64,000 nucleotides of DNA, taken from contig CAWDVW010000005.1 of assembly GCA_963805855.1 (NCBI GenBank), positions 544,001 to 608,000 on the forward strand. Reading direction: 5' to 3'. Positions 1 through 10,373 of this stretch are shown here, piece after piece. Both the position numbers and the translations under genes were made by a program. Below the pieces are notes generated by a model, which worked only from the letters and a program-made list of their open reading frames with translations, did no database searches and had not been told where the DNA came from. Positions within the stretch are counted from its first letter, which is position 1, and every line of letters starts with the position of its first letter. The DNA is from Candidatus Dadabacteria bacterium. GTDB lineage: Bacteria; Desulfobacterota_D; UBA1144; Nemesobacterales; CSP1-2.

Positions 1-1148
1 GGTATCGGATCAATTTCAGTAATGCCGAGCGCATAGGCAACCAGGCTACCAGCGGCACTTCCTCTCCCCGGTCCAACTGGTATACCGTGTGTCTTCGCAA
101 AATCAATAAAATCTGCAACAACCAGCAAATAACCGGAAAACCCCATATCCTTCAAGGTACTGATTTCACTCTCAAGACGCTCTCTGTAGAAGGGAAACAT
201 GTTCGAGGGGATGTGATTTTCTTTTAATCTTTCCTCGAGCCTCTCCCTAGCTAGCCCAGCTAAATATTCATCGTGCGAACTCCCATCTTCTAGCTCGAAC
301 ACGGGCAACTTATAACCATCGGTTTCAAATTCAAAATTGCACCGCTCGGCAACCTCCAATGTTTTCTCGATTCCCTCTTCATATCCCCTGAGACATTCAA
401 GCATTTCCTCGTGAGACTTAACATAGTATTCATCGCCTTGAAACCTAAACCTATTTTTATCCGCCAATGTCGTACCGGTCTGTATGCATAAAAGAGCATC
501 ATGTGGTTTAGAATCCTCCCGCCTTAAAAAGTGACAATCGTTAGTAGCAACAATTGGTATTTTAAGCTTCTTACCTAGCTCTTTGACCTTTTCATTAACG
601 AGTTCTTGGTCTCGAAGTCCATTTGCCTGAATCTCGAGGTAGTATCGATCCGCAAATATCTCCTTGTATTTTGCAGCAATGCTCAATGATTCTTTCATAT
701 TATTATTAAGAATGCTCCTGGCAACCTCACCATTAAGACAGCCGCTCAGTACAATGAGCCCTTCACTGTGTTTTTCTAGAAGCTCATGATCTATTCTTGG
801 CTTCCTGTAAAATCCTTCAAAATATGCCTTGGTGACTAGATTAGATAAATTTTTGTAGCCCTGCTGATTCATTGAAAGAAGAATGAGATGATTGTTTCTC
901 TCACGGTTTTTACTATCCGATTTTAACTTCGGAGTAATGTACACTTCACAACCTATAATGGGCTTAATCGAAAACTGTTTGGCCTTTTTATAAAAATCAA
1001 AAGCCCCAAAGAGATTCCCATGGTCGGTGAGCGCCACTGAATTCATCCCTAATTCATGTAACTTAGAGAAAAGTTCTTCAAATTTTATTGCGCCATCGAG
1101 GAGGGAATATTGAGAGTGTAGATGAAGGTGAACAAAACCCTGTGCCAT
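1..1148 (-). CDS. dnaE: DNA polymerase III alpha subunit, N-terminal part (runs off the window start)
   Basis: Absent from the ORF track because it has no stop in the window. Manual translation from ATG 1148 gives [22 protein letters not shown] (PHP domain) and ends ...[23 protein letters not shown], both DnaE signatures. Confidence 0.96.
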   Translation of the reverse strand, partial: MAQGFVHLHLHSQYSLLDGAIKFEELFSKLHELGMNSVALTDHGNLFGAFDFYKKAKQFSIKPIIGCEVYITPKLKSDSKNRERNNHLILLSMNQQGYKNLSNLVTKAYFEGFYRKPRIDHELLEKHSEGLIVLSGCLNGEVARSILNNNMKESLSIAAKYKEIFADRYYLEIQANGLRDQELVNEKVKELGKKLKIPIVATNDCHFLRREDSKPHDALLCIQTGTTLADKNRFRFQGDEYYVKSHEEMLECLRGYEEGIEKTLEVAERCNFEFETDGYKLPVFELEDGSSHDEYLAGLARERLEERLKENHIPSNMFPFYRERLESEISTLKDMGFSGYLLVVADFIDFAKTHGIPVGPGRGSAAGSLVAYALGITEIDPI

Positions 1149-1522
1149 TTACAACCTATTATATATCAGGAATTTTGATCTCTGCAAGTTTTAAAATATA
1201 ATGCAATGATGTTGGAGTGTTAGATCATAGGGACGCCAAATAACATATCAAGAGGCCTTCGTTTTGCCAATCCAGGTTGCACACCGATCACTATATGATA
1301 TCCCCGACATTTACCTAGGATAAAAACTCTGAAATCTCCGATGAGGATTGTGTGTAAAACGTCTTAATTGGAAAAAACGCAAAACTTCATGATCAAACCC
1401 GGGATTAAGGTTTTCCACAAATCAATGGTATCATATAATTTATAGAAGGAATGTAATAATAATCTAATTCTTATTTAAATAACACTTAGAGCTACTAGAT
1501 TCTGTAATACCGCTGTAAAGTT

Positions 1523-2932
1523 ATGGAAAAATTAATCCCCCTTTTAAATGATTTTTACACCAACTTCCACGAACCATTATGGATTGTCATATTGTTCGGG
1601 GGCATTGTAATTATTTCATTAATTCTGGCCTATTTATTCGAAGAAAAGCCGGAACCCGAAAAAGCGCGTTCCTTGCCCGAGGAAATGCCTAGACATGACG
1701 TGTCACCGTTTACATCAGCCGTTGAACTCCTTGAAGATATTCCTCATGAAGAAAGAGCAGAAGTTAAACATACTGAGACCGATCGCATCTCAGATAAATC
1801 GGTACGGCAAGAGATACTAGAGCAAACGCTACCCGATGAATCTACTCAAGTTACCCAAGAACCGGACGTGGAAGAAGAGCTCAGGTTGAAGCCGGAAGTC
1901 GTTAGCGACGAAGGCCGCTATGCATTTGAAAAAACAATAGTCGATACGGAAGAATCGTATGAAGTTGCGGAAAAAAGGGTTGAGGAAGTGCCTGAAACTA
2001 AGGAAAGCCTCTTTTCAAGGCTAAGGTCGGGGCTTTCAAAAACTCAAGTTGGCCTGGTTGGCAAATTAGATGAAATATTGTCAAGTGGGGAAATAAATGA
2101 GGATCTGTGGGATGAATTTGAGGAGGCACTGATTACGGCGGATCTTGGAGTTGGTACAACGTTGAAGCTAAGGCAACGGATTGAAGAAAAGCTGTCGAAG
2201 AAATCGCTGAGGGACCCAAAAGCCATAATGAACACCCTTAAACAGGAATGTTTGGAAATACTGAAAAAGGCCGAGGGTAAACCCATTAAAATTGAATCAA
2301 AACCATTTGTAATAATTATCGCTGGAGTGAACGGAGTGGGAAAAACAACCACAATCGGGAAAATTGCGTACAAATTCAGTAACGAGGGCAAAAGCGTAAT
2401 GGTTGCTGCGGCAGACACATTTAGGGCCGCTGCTGTTGAGCAACTTGAAATTTGGGCGAAGAGGGTCGGCAGCGACTTCTTAAGAGGTCAGAGCGGTTCA
2501 GACCCGTCGGCCGTCGCATTTGACGCACTCAAAGCATCCCAGGCAAGAGAAACTGATATCCTCATTGTTGACACGGCAGGAAGATTACACACAAGGACAA
2601 ATCTAATGGAAGAACTTAAAAAGTTGAGAAGGATTATATCACGTGAACTAGATGGAGCTCCCAACGAAACTTTACTGGTCCTTGACGCGACAACAGGACA
2701 AAACGCAATTCAGCAGGCGAAAATGTTTAATGAAGCAATCGACATCACCGGCATCATCCTCACTAAGTTGGACGGTACTGCGAAGGGGGGCGTGATTTTG
2801 GCTATTGCCGATGAGTTAAATGTCCCCGTTAAATTCATAGGTATCGGTGAGAGCCTGGGAGACCTAAGAGAATTTAACGCCGAAGAATTCGTAGAGGCTT
2901 TATTCGTGACTGGTGAGGAAACCATACATTAG
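1523..2932 (+). CDS. ftsY: SRP receptor FtsY with an N-terminal hydrophobic segment and acidic linker
   Basis: GVNGVGKTTT, DTFRAAA, DTAGR and TKLDGTAKGG motifs. Confidence 0.97.
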   Translation: MEKLIPLLNDFYTNFHEPLWIVILFGGIVIISLILAYLFEEKPEPEKARSLPEEMPRHDVSPFTSAVELLEDIPHEERAEVKHTETDRISDKSVRQEILEQTLPDESTQVTQEPDVEEELRLKPEVVSDEGRYAFEKTIVDTEESYEVAEKRVEEVPETKESLFSRLRSGLSKTQVGLVGKLDEILSSGEINEDLWDEFEEALITADLGVGTTLKLRQRIEEKLSKKSLRDPKAIMNTLKQECLEILKKAEGKPIKIESKPFVIIIAGVNGVGKTTTIGKIAYKFSNEGKSVMVAAADTFRAAAVEQLEIWAKRVGSDFLRGQSGSDPSAVAFDALKASQARETDILIVDTAGRLHTRTNLMEELKKLRRIISRELDGAPNETLLVLDATTGQNAIQQAKMFNEAIDITGIILTKLDGTAKGGVILAIADELNVPVKFIGIGESLGDLREFNAEEFVEALFVTGEETIH

Positions 2933-2989
2933 AATTTCCGTGATAACTTGACCTTCACCAATAATTATCGGGTTTCTCAATAAAGATAT

Positions 2990-4096
2990 ATGCTCAAGGA
3001 CTCAGATACTAAATATATGTCTCGTGCAATCAGTCTTGCGACGAGAGCCGAGGGAATGACCAGTCCAAACCCCCTTGTGGGAGCCGTACTGGTTAAACAA
3101 GGAAGAATCATCGGCAAGGGATATCACAAAAGAGCGGGGCTTCCTCACGCAGAGGTAGAAGCCATATTCGATGCTGAAAACCAGGGAAACTCTGTCAATG
3201 GCTCGACCCTCTATGTGACACTGGAGCCATGTTGCCACACAGATAAAAGGACACCGCGATGCGTTGATTCAATTATAAAGAAGGGCATATCAAATGTTGT
3301 CGTCGGAACCCTCGATCCGAATCCTAAGGTTTCGGGAAACGGAATAGAACTCCTAAGGCAAAGGGGTGTAAATGTAAGGGTAGGTTTGGGTGAGGAGGCG
3401 TGTAAGATCGTAAACGAGGCATTCTTTAAGTACATAAAGTGTGGTATTCCCTTTACGACCCTTAAACTCGCCTGCACCCTTGATGGCAAGATAGCAACCA
3501 TGACCGGGGATGCGAAGTGGATAGGTAGCGAAAGTCAAAGAAACTTTGCACACAGGCTGAGGAAAAAAGTCGACGCTATTCTGGTAGGCATAGAAACCGT
3601 TCTACATGACGATCCCGAGCTTACGGTCAGGTTGAGGAAGAAGGCTAAAGATCAACCCATGCCGATAGTACTTGACTCCAGGCTCAGAATCCCAATCGAG
3701 TCGCGATTGCTTAAGATTCATAACTCACCTTTAATAATTACGACAAATAAAGCAGACCTAGAAAAGAAAAATAATCTGGAACATATGGGGTCAAGAGTCC
3801 TAATTTGTGATAGCGATAAAAATGGAAAAATAGATTTACCCAGTTTATTCAAGAAGCTTGGAGAACTGGAGATAACAAGCGTTCTAATAGAAGGGGGGAG
3901 CAGAGTGGCGGCTTCGGCGCTGAGTCAAAGAGTGGTTGACAAGCTTGTTCTTTTCTATGCTCCTAAAATTATTGGAGCGGAGGGTGTCAGTATGGTAGGA
4001 GACCTCAATATTCTAAAAGTCAAAGAAGCCCTCGCAATCAGAGGTTTAAAGGTTAAGGTTTTCGGAGAGGAACTAATGATCGAAGGTTATACATAA
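2990..4096 (+). CDS. ribD: Riboflavin biosynthesis deaminase/reductase
   Basis: TSPNPLVGAV, HAE and TLEPCCH zinc motifs; reductase domain with LIEGG. Confidence 0.96.
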   Translation: MLKDSDTKYMSRAISLATRAEGMTSPNPLVGAVLVKQGRIIGKGYHKRAGLPHAEVEAIFDAENQGNSVNGSTLYVTLEPCCHTDKRTPRCVDSIIKKGISNVVVGTLDPNPKVSGNGIELLRQRGVNVRVGLGEEACKIVNEAFFKYIKCGIPFTTLKLACTLDGKIATMTGDAKWIGSESQRNFAHRLRKKVDAILVGIETVLHDDPELTVRLRKKAKDQPMPIVLDSRLRIPIESRLLKIHNSPLIITTNKADLEKKNNLEHMGSRVLICDSDKNGKIDLPSLFKKLGELEITSVLIEGGSRVAASALSQRVVDKLVLFYAPKIIGAEGVSMVGDLNILKVKEALAIRGLKVKVFGEELMIEGYT

Positions 4097-4270
4097 GCAA
4101 CCATCTGTAAGAAGATGGAAATAATGATTATTACTCTTCTATTACCATGCGCTCAGCCCAAAATATCAATACCCCTCATAGAATTTTAAAATTTGATAAT
4201 CGATCATCACTAATAGGGCATAAAATTATACTCCTCCCAAATATAGATATTATAATAAGAGAATTAAGGA

Positions 4271-4951
4271 ATGAATGAAGATCGACTCACAAAGATAGGG
4301 CTCTTCGGTGGAACATTCGATCCTATCCATTTTGGTCACCTGAGGGCGGCCGAAGAGATCAGAGAAATACTGGATCTTGAGAAAATCTATTTCGTTCCAA
4401 CTTCTGTGCCCCCTCATAAGACCAGTCCAGGCATGGCTTCACCCCACCACCGTCTGAAAATGCTTGAGCTCGCACTGAATGATAACAATTTTTTTAGTAT
4501 TTCGGACATAGAAATAAAACGAGGCGGAAAATCCTATACGATCGATACGCTGCGATATTTTTCCGATACATTTCCACTGTTTGACTTATATTTTATAGCC
4601 GGATCCGATCTATTTTCTGAAATAGATAGCTGGAAGGATTACAAGAAAATATTCAGGGCATCGAATTTTGCCGTAATAGAGAGGCCTGGATTTGGTTTTG
4701 AATTGCCCGGCACGCTTCCACTTGAAATTAAGGATGATTTTCGATATTATAAGCGCTATAATAATTTGACTCTTTACATAAATAAAAACTCCAGGATTTT
4801 GAGTCTCGTTAAAATAGACGGATTAGAAATATCGTCGACAAAGATACGAGAACTGGTCGAAAAATCCAAATCCATAAAATATCTTGTCCCATCGAGTGTT
4901 GAAGCCTATATAATAGAGCATGGTATCTACAAGAAGGAGGCTGCTAAATAG
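4271..4951 (+). CDS. nadD: Nicotinate-nucleotide adenylyltransferase
   Basis: GGTFDPIHFGH and ISSTKIR motifs. Confidence 0.96.
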   Translation: MNEDRLTKIGLFGGTFDPIHFGHLRAAEEIREILDLEKIYFVPTSVPPHKTSPGMASPHHRLKMLELALNDNNFFSISDIEIKRGGKSYTIDTLRYFSDTFPLFDLYFIAGSDLFSEIDSWKDYKKIFRASNFAVIERPGFGFELPGTLPLEIKDDFRYYKRYNNLTLYINKNSRILSLVKIDGLEISSTKIRELVEKSKSIKYLVPSSVEAYIIEHGIYKKEAAK

Positions 4952-5337
4952 AATCTAAAGATAAGGCATTAGTTATTGCACGCGCCGCCTGGGAAAAAAA
5001 GGCGCAAGATATAAAACTGATAGAGATGAAGGCGCTTAGCAACATTACAGATTATTTTATCATCTGTAGTGCCAACTCGGATAGAGGAGTAAAAACGATT
5101 GTTGACCATATTGAAAGAAAACTAAATGAGCTCGGACAAAGGGTTATTGGTATTGAAGGATACACGGAAGGCAAATGGGTCCTGATTGATGCTGTGGATG
5201 TGGTGGTCCATGTGTTCTATGAACCGTTAAGGAAATTTTACGATTTAGAGGGACTGTGGATTGACTCGCCTCGTATAGGGATTCCGTTTGTCGAGGAATT
5301 CCCAATCGCAGCCGAAGACCTGGGAGAGTTGGCTTAG
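4948..5337 (+). CDS. rsfS: Ribosome silencing factor; probable ATA start at 4948 (track ATG at 5026)
   Basis: DYFIICS, WVLID, VHVF and FYDLEGLW motifs. The conserved N-terminal 'AAWEKKAQDI' lies upstream of the ATG. SD AAGGAGG at 4934-4940. Confidence 0.9.
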   Translation: MESKDKALVIARAAWEKKAQDIKLIEMKALSNITDYFIICSANSDRGVKTIVDHIERKLNELGQRVIGIEGYTEGKWVLIDAVDVVVHVFYEPLRKFYDLEGLWIDSPRIGIPFVEEFPIAAEDLGELA

Positions 5338-5416
5338 ACTTATGATTGGTCGGATATGGTCGCTTTCTTCTGTTCTTACAATTTTTATAATCTCTCTTAA
5401 AGCAATCCGTAATCGT

Positions 5417-5917
5417 TCAAGCAAAAACCTCATCTAGCCCACCGGTCTTAACATCATAGACGAATCCCCTAACGGGAATATCTATGGGCACCCATGGATG
5501 AGATTTTACCTTTTGAATCTGTTGTCGCACATTTTCCCAAACATCGCTGAAAGAATGGAACAAAAGAGGTGCTACAGTTGCTGTACGGGTTTTCTTTAAA
5601 AGATTCTTTCTAAGTTTATCATCGGTAAAGGTAAGCATTCCGCAATCAGTATGATTTATGATCATAAATTCTCTTGTACCAAGAAGATGATGAGAAATTA
5701 TTAATGATCTTATGGCATCTTCGGATACTATTCCTCCAGCATTACGAATTATATGAGCCTCTCCTGTCTTTAATCCTAGCATTTCCTCGATTGTTAGCCT
5801 GGCATCCATACACGCTACAACAGCGAGCATACGAGATGGCGGCATAGGCAGCTTACCAAGCTTAAATCTCCTAGCATAAGCATTATTTTCCTTCAAAGCT
5901 TCATCAATTACACCCAT
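5417..5917 (-). CDS. Beta-class carbonic anhydrase (short clade D type)
   Basis: CMDAR, RNAGG and HTDCG motifs. Start placed at ATG 5917, behind a GGAGG SD. Confidence 0.92.
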   Translation of the reverse strand: MGVIDEALKENNAYARRFKLGKLPMPPSRMLAVVACMDARLTIEEMLGLKTGEAHIIRNAGGIVSEDAIRSLIISHHLLGTREFMIINHTDCGMLTFTDDKLRKNLLKKTRTATVAPLLFHSFSDVWENVRQQIQKVKSHPWVPIDIPVRGFVYDVKTGGLDEVFA

Positions 5918-5952
5918 TTCTTTATGCCTCCAAATAGCATTACAGAAAACTT

Positions 5953-5995
5953 TGCAATCATGGTGCCAATTGTAACCAGCTGCAATCACTTGATA
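5953..5995 (-). promoter_or_regulatory. sigma54 -24/-12 promoter plus IHF site for the carbonic anhydrase gene
   Basis: Minus strand TGGCAC-CATGA-TTGCA (5968-5953) and TATCAA-GTGA-TTG (5995-5983), which fits WATCAANNNNTTR. Confidence 0.75.
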
Positions 5996-6178
5996 TTTTA
6001 AAGCCCGCTTTTCAATATAATGGTTATGAATTAAACAATTAGTAGTTTTCTATTACAATAACGATGATTTGAGGTGATGTTGGCATTTAAGTAGGCAATA
6101 AAATCCATCCACCACACCATGAAATCCGGAATTTTCGTTTCTTACAATAATTCGCGTTGAGAAAAACCCGATCGCACT

Positions 6179-6275
6179 GATCCTGAGTCCGATCGAAGGG
6201 TCGAAGTTTGAAAACGCAAAAGGCATACCATCCTTCGACGAGCCTGTGCTGAGTGAGATCGAAGTGCTCAGGATG
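6179..6275. repeat. Nested palindromic REP-like element (CTGAG..TCGAAG family)
   Basis: atcctgagtccgatcgaaggg, then catccttcgac..[gtgctgagtgagatcgaagt]..gctcaggatg with inverted ends. Confidence 0.55.
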
Positions 6276-6393
6276 CTCGGATTAAATTATCGGATAACAC
6301 GAGCCTGAAGCCATAACCGGGCAATGTTATTGCACGACAGCTAATGGATTCTGAGTTTAGGTTTTTATTAAGATAGCCTTCAGGTCAAAAAAC

Positions 6394-7458
6394 TTATTTG
6401 ATACCTCTTCTTCTTACAAAGGCAGGGATTTCAAACTCGTCATCTAGCGATTCTGTAGGCAACTTGGTCACTATTTCACTGACACTCTCTTCCTTTATAC
6501 TCTGTATTCCGGTTGCGATAACCGTAATCTGAACGGCTCCTTTTAATGCCTCATCGAATACAAGTCCGAAAATCAAATTGACGTCTTCATGAGCACGATC
6601 TCTTATATAATTACAGGCATCATTTAGCTCTTCGATACCAAAGTCATGAGATGCTGTTACATTTATTAGAATCCCTCTTGACCCATCTATTGAGATATCT
6701 TCAAGCAGTGGGCTAGTTATTGCTGTTTCAGCCGCAACCCTTGCGCGATTCTCTCCTTCGGCATAGCCAGAGCCCATCAATGCCTTCCCGCCATTTTCAC
6801 CCATTATCGCTTTTACGTCTGCAAAATCTACATTTATATATCCAGTTCCGGTGATTATATCCGAAATACCTCTAACAGCATTGTAGAGCACCTCGTCAGC
6901 TTTCTTGAATGCCTCAATTATGCTTATCTTATGCACAGCCGTAAGCCGGTCATTGGGAATTATGATCAGGGTGTCAACTTCCTTCTCCAAGTTTTCTATT
7001 CCCTCAATTGCCTGTTTGTTTCTCTTAGGACCCTCAAACCCAAATGGCCTTGTAACAACGCCTATAGTGAGTGCACCTTGTTCCTTAGAAGTTTGGGCTA
7101 TAATCGGAGATGCCCCGGTGCCGGTGCCTCCACCCATACCAGCAGTAATAAAAACCATATCGGCTCCTTCCAGCGATTCCGCTAACTTTGCTTGGTCTTC
7201 AAGCGCGGCTTCTCTTCCAAGGACCGGATTACCCCCAGAACCAAGACCCTTTGTAGTTCTTGAACCAATCTGAAGTTTGGCCGACGCTCTTGATTTCTTT
7301 AGATCCTGTGAATCGGTGTTTGTAACGATAAACTCCACCCCCGTCAGGCTTTTATCAATCATTGTATTTACAGCATTTCCCCCCGATCCCCCAACACCGA
7401 CGACCTTTATCCTTGCCTTTTGTTCAGGGCTAATATCCTCGATTTCAAAATTTGCCAT
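6394..7458 (-). CDS. ftsZ: Cell division protein FtsZ
   Basis: GGGTGTG tubulin signature, NVDFAD, and C-terminal EIPAFVRR peptide. Confidence 0.98.
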   Translation of the reverse strand: MANFEIEDISPEQKARIKVVGVGGSGGNAVNTMIDKSLTGVEFIVTNTDSQDLKKSRASAKLQIGSRTTKGLGSGGNPVLGREAALEDQAKLAESLEGADMVFITAGMGGGTGTGASPIIAQTSKEQGALTIGVVTRPFGFEGPKRNKQAIEGIENLEKEVDTLIIIPNDRLTAVHKISIIEAFKKADEVLYNAVRGISDIITGTGYINVDFADVKAIMGENGGKALMGSGYAEGENRARVAAETAITSPLLEDISIDGSRGILINVTASHDFGIEELNDACNYIRDRAHEDVNLIFGLVFDEALKGAVQITVIATGIQSIKEESVSEIVTKLPTESLDDEFEIPAFVRRRGIK

Positions 7459-7502
7459 TAATTAATCCTCCTTAACTCGAGCACTGCTCTTCACATTTTA
7501 AC

Positions 7503-8732
7503 CTAAAAAAACTCTTGAAACCAATTTTTCATACTATCAAAAACCTTTTTAAAAATATTTTCATCTCTTATACGGAGCTTATTCTCCCCGTTGTAATTTG
7601 TGCCGTAAAGCACAAGCCCTACCCCTGTAGAATAAACAGGGTTTGCGATAATATCATTCAAGCCACCCAATTCGGTCGGAATTCCTCTTCTCACCGGGAC
7701 GCCAAGTATCTTTTCTGCAAGGTCATCCGTTCCCTCCATTATAACACTCCCCCCAGTGATTACCGCGCCAGCAGGAACGAGATCTCTGTAGCCAGACTTT
7801 ATTATCTCGCTCCTGACAAGGCTGAAGATCTCCTCCATTCTTGGTTCTATAATCATCGCCAAATCCGCTTTTGGAATCTGCCTAGGCCTACGCCCTCCCA
7901 CGCTGGGTATCTCAATACTCTCATCCAGAGATACTAGATCCGATAGTGCTACACCATATTTTTCCTTGATTTTTCTTGCCTCTCCCAGCGGAGTCGAAAG
8001 TCCAAGAGCTATATCCCTATCGATATGATCTCCTCCAAGCGTCAGATTTTCCGTGTATCTGATGCTGCCTCCGACAAAAATTGCGATATCAGTCGTTCCT
8101 CCGCCACAGTCAATTAAGACAACTCCAATTTCCTTCTCGTCCTGCGTAAGCACGGCTTGACTGGAAGCCAATTGTTCCAATGCGATATCTGCAACGTCCA
8201 TGCCGGCACGGTGAATACACTTTACAAGGTTTTGGGCAGCGGTAATCTGACCAGTTACAATATGAACCTTGGTTTCAAGTTTTATTCCACAAATTCCAAT
8301 AGGATCCTTTATGCCTCCTTGACCATCAACTATGAATTCTTGTGGTATAACGTGAATAATCTCCCTATCAGCAGGAATCAATAATGCGTTCGCAGACTCA
8401 ATTACCCTCTCTACATCACGATCGGTGACTTCGCGATTCCTTAAAGTTATCATTCCGTGTCCGCTTATACCCTTGACATGACCCCCTGCAATTCCCGCAA
8501 AGACCGTCCTTATCTCACATCCGGCCATATGCTCTGCTTCTTCAACGGCGTTCTTTATGGATTGAACGGTATTTTCAATGTTTACAACAACCCCTCTCTT
8601 AAGACCGTAGGAAGGATAGGTTCCAACACCTATGATATCAATATCATTGTTGCTGTTTACCTCTCCGACAATAGCACACACCTTGGTCGTTCCAATATCA
8701 AGTCCTACTACCAAATTTGATTCCTTTCCCAT
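7503..8732 (-). CDS. ftsA: Cell division protein FtsA
   Basis: GLDIGTTK and DCGGGTTD motifs, C-terminal amphipathic helix (WFQEFF), dcw position. Confidence 0.97.
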   Translation of the reverse strand: MGKESNLVVGLDIGTTKVCAIVGEVNSNNDIDIIGVGTYPSYGLKRGVVVNIENTVQSIKNAVEEAEHMAGCEIRTVFAGIAGGHVKGISGHGMITLRNREVTDRDVERVIESANALLIPADREIIHVIPQEFIVDGQGGIKDPIGICGIKLETKVHIVTGQITAAQNLVKCIHRAGMDVADIALEQLASSQAVLTQDEKEIGVVLIDCGGGTTDIAIFVGGSIRYTENLTLGGDHIDRDIALGLSTPLGEARKIKEKYGVALSDLVSLDESIEIPSVGGRRPRQIPKADLAMIIEPRMEEIFSLVRSEIIKSGYRDLVPAGAVITGGSVIMEGTDDLAEKILGVPVRRGIPTELGGLNDIIANPVYSTGVGLVLYGTNYNGENKLRIRDENIFKKVFDSMKNWFQEFF

Positions 8733-8757
8733 GACAATTTTTCCCTAACTATCAAGC

Positions 8758-9474
8758 TTATAACTTGAAATCAACAATTCCCTGTTTTTCTGAACTTATA
8801 TTTATGTATTGCTCCACGAGATTGATCGTCCTCGTATATTTCATGATCTTTTCCATTTTATACCACTTCTCTGTAATATTACCGCTGCCAAAGTCTATGC
8901 GTCTTTTATCCGTTGTGAACACGGAAATTCCATATACTGTATCAAGGTGGATTTCTGAAATTTCTTTAAGGTTCAGGAGGTCACTATCCATCGCCAATCT
9001 TCGAATCTCAAGCGCTTTTCCCAGCAGGTCGGAATTAGATATACCATCGCCCACAAGCAAAGGAAAATCCAGACCGTATTCAAAATTAGCTTTACCTAGA
9101 ATCTCTCCCGTTACGCTCATATATAGAACCTCCCCATCCTCTCCAACCACAAGCCAGTACGGAGTCGCCTCGGTTATATGTATAGTGACTTTATGAGGGA
9201 TATGCCTTTTTATTGTCACCTCGGATATCCACGGACATTTCTTTATCTCTTCCTCAATCTCTTTCTCTCTAAAGAAAATAGTTGATTCATTCTTTCTTAG
9301 CCCGGATCTTTTAAGTACTTCCTTCTCTGTAACCTTGTTCGTCCCTGTTATTTCGATTTCGGTTATGTCAAACATCTTTAGATGGAAACAGATCAAAGCA
9401 ATCACTGTGGATAGAGACATTACAAATACGAGTAATACTAGAGCGTGGAGAGGTCTCAATCGCTTTTCTGTCAA
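8758..9474 (-). CDS. ftsQ: Cell division protein FtsQ/DivIB
   Basis: N-terminal TM, POTRA-like region, position before ftsA. TTG start overlaps the murB stop. Confidence 0.88.
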   Translation of the reverse strand: MTEKRLRPLHALVLLVFVMSLSTVIALICFHLKMFDITEIEITGTNKVTEKEVLKRSGLRKNESTIFFREKEIEEEIKKCPWISEVTIKRHIPHKVTIHITEATPYWLVVGEDGEVLYMSVTGEILGKANFEYGLDFPLLVGDGISNSDLLGKALEIRRLAMDSDLLNLKEISEIHLDTVYGISVFTTDKRRIDFGSGNITEKWYKMEKIMKYTRTINLVEQYINISSEKQGIVDFKL

Positions 9475-10373
9475 TTTAGATCCCCCTCTAGAATCCTAAC
9501 CTCAGTCTCGAGGTTGATTCCCGTTTTCAGAAAAGCCTCTTCCGTCGCGATTTCTATAAGCCTCAGAACATCAGATGTCGTCGCATGCCCCGAATTAACG
9601 ATAAAGTTTGCATGAATTTCAGAGAACCTTGCCCCACCCACTTTCAGGCCTTTGAAACCGAGCTCATCTAACAGTTTACCAGCTGGTATTTCAGGGGGGT
9701 TTATAAATATAGAACCAGTATTAGACGTCTTTATTGGTTGTGTCTTGCTCCTTTTATCTAAAAACTCCTTTACCAATTTCTGACTCATATCCTTATTTCC
9801 TTGATTCAGTTTGAACAAAGCCTTTGTCACCACACTTCCCTCTCGAAGATTACTCTTACGATATTCAAACTGTAAGTCATCTCTGGATAAAACATATTCT
9901 TTGCCTTTTTCCCAAATCCATACCCTATCGACGACGTCCTTTATTTCTCCTCCATTTGCTCCCGCGTTCATGAATACGCCCCCTCCTACGGTCCCAGGTA
10001 TTCCTGCCGCAAACTCGAAACCGGTTAACTCAGCTCGTATGGTTGTGTTCAAAATCGTGCCCATCACAGCACCTGTTTCAGCCAATACACCCCCATCATC
10101 TACGAGGCTTATGTTCCTTAACTTCTTGGTAACAATGACAGCTCCTCTGAATCCAGCATCAGCTATTATGGTGTTAGATCCTCCACCTAGAACAATCCAT
10201 TTCACATCATAGGAGGAGAGAACATTAAGAATTTTTAATAACTCATCCAGAATCCGAGGATAAACAATTAAATCTGCGGGACCTCCCACACGCAAAGAGG
10301 TAAACCGCTTCATAGAATACATTCGATAATATTCACATCCAATCTTATCAAGCTCTCTTATAACCCTGTTCAC
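9471..10373 (-). CDS. murB: UDP-N-acetylenolpyruvoylglucosamine reductase
   Basis: GGGSN, GIPGTVGG, MNAGA, GSIFINP and HANFIVN motifs. Confidence 0.96.
   Translation of the reverse strand: MNRVIRELDKIGCEYYRMYSMKRFTSLRVGGPADLIVYPRILDELLKILNVLSSYDVKWIVLGGGSNTIIADAGFRGAVIVTKKLRNISLVDDGGVLAETGAVMGTILNTTIRAELTGFEFAAGIPGTVGGGVFMNAGANGGEIKDVVDRVWIWEKGKEYVLSRDDLQFEYRKSNLREGSVVTKALFKLNQGNKDMSQKLVKEFLDKRSKTQPIKTSNTGSIFINPPEIPAGKLLDELGFKGLKVGGARFSEIHANFIVNSGHATTSDVLRLIEIATEEAFLKTGINLETEVRILEGDLN

Noticed and set aside
1-1148. dnaE pseudogene or intein
   Set aside because: Missing from the ORF track only because the window truncates it; both ends read in one frame and no intein motif was seen
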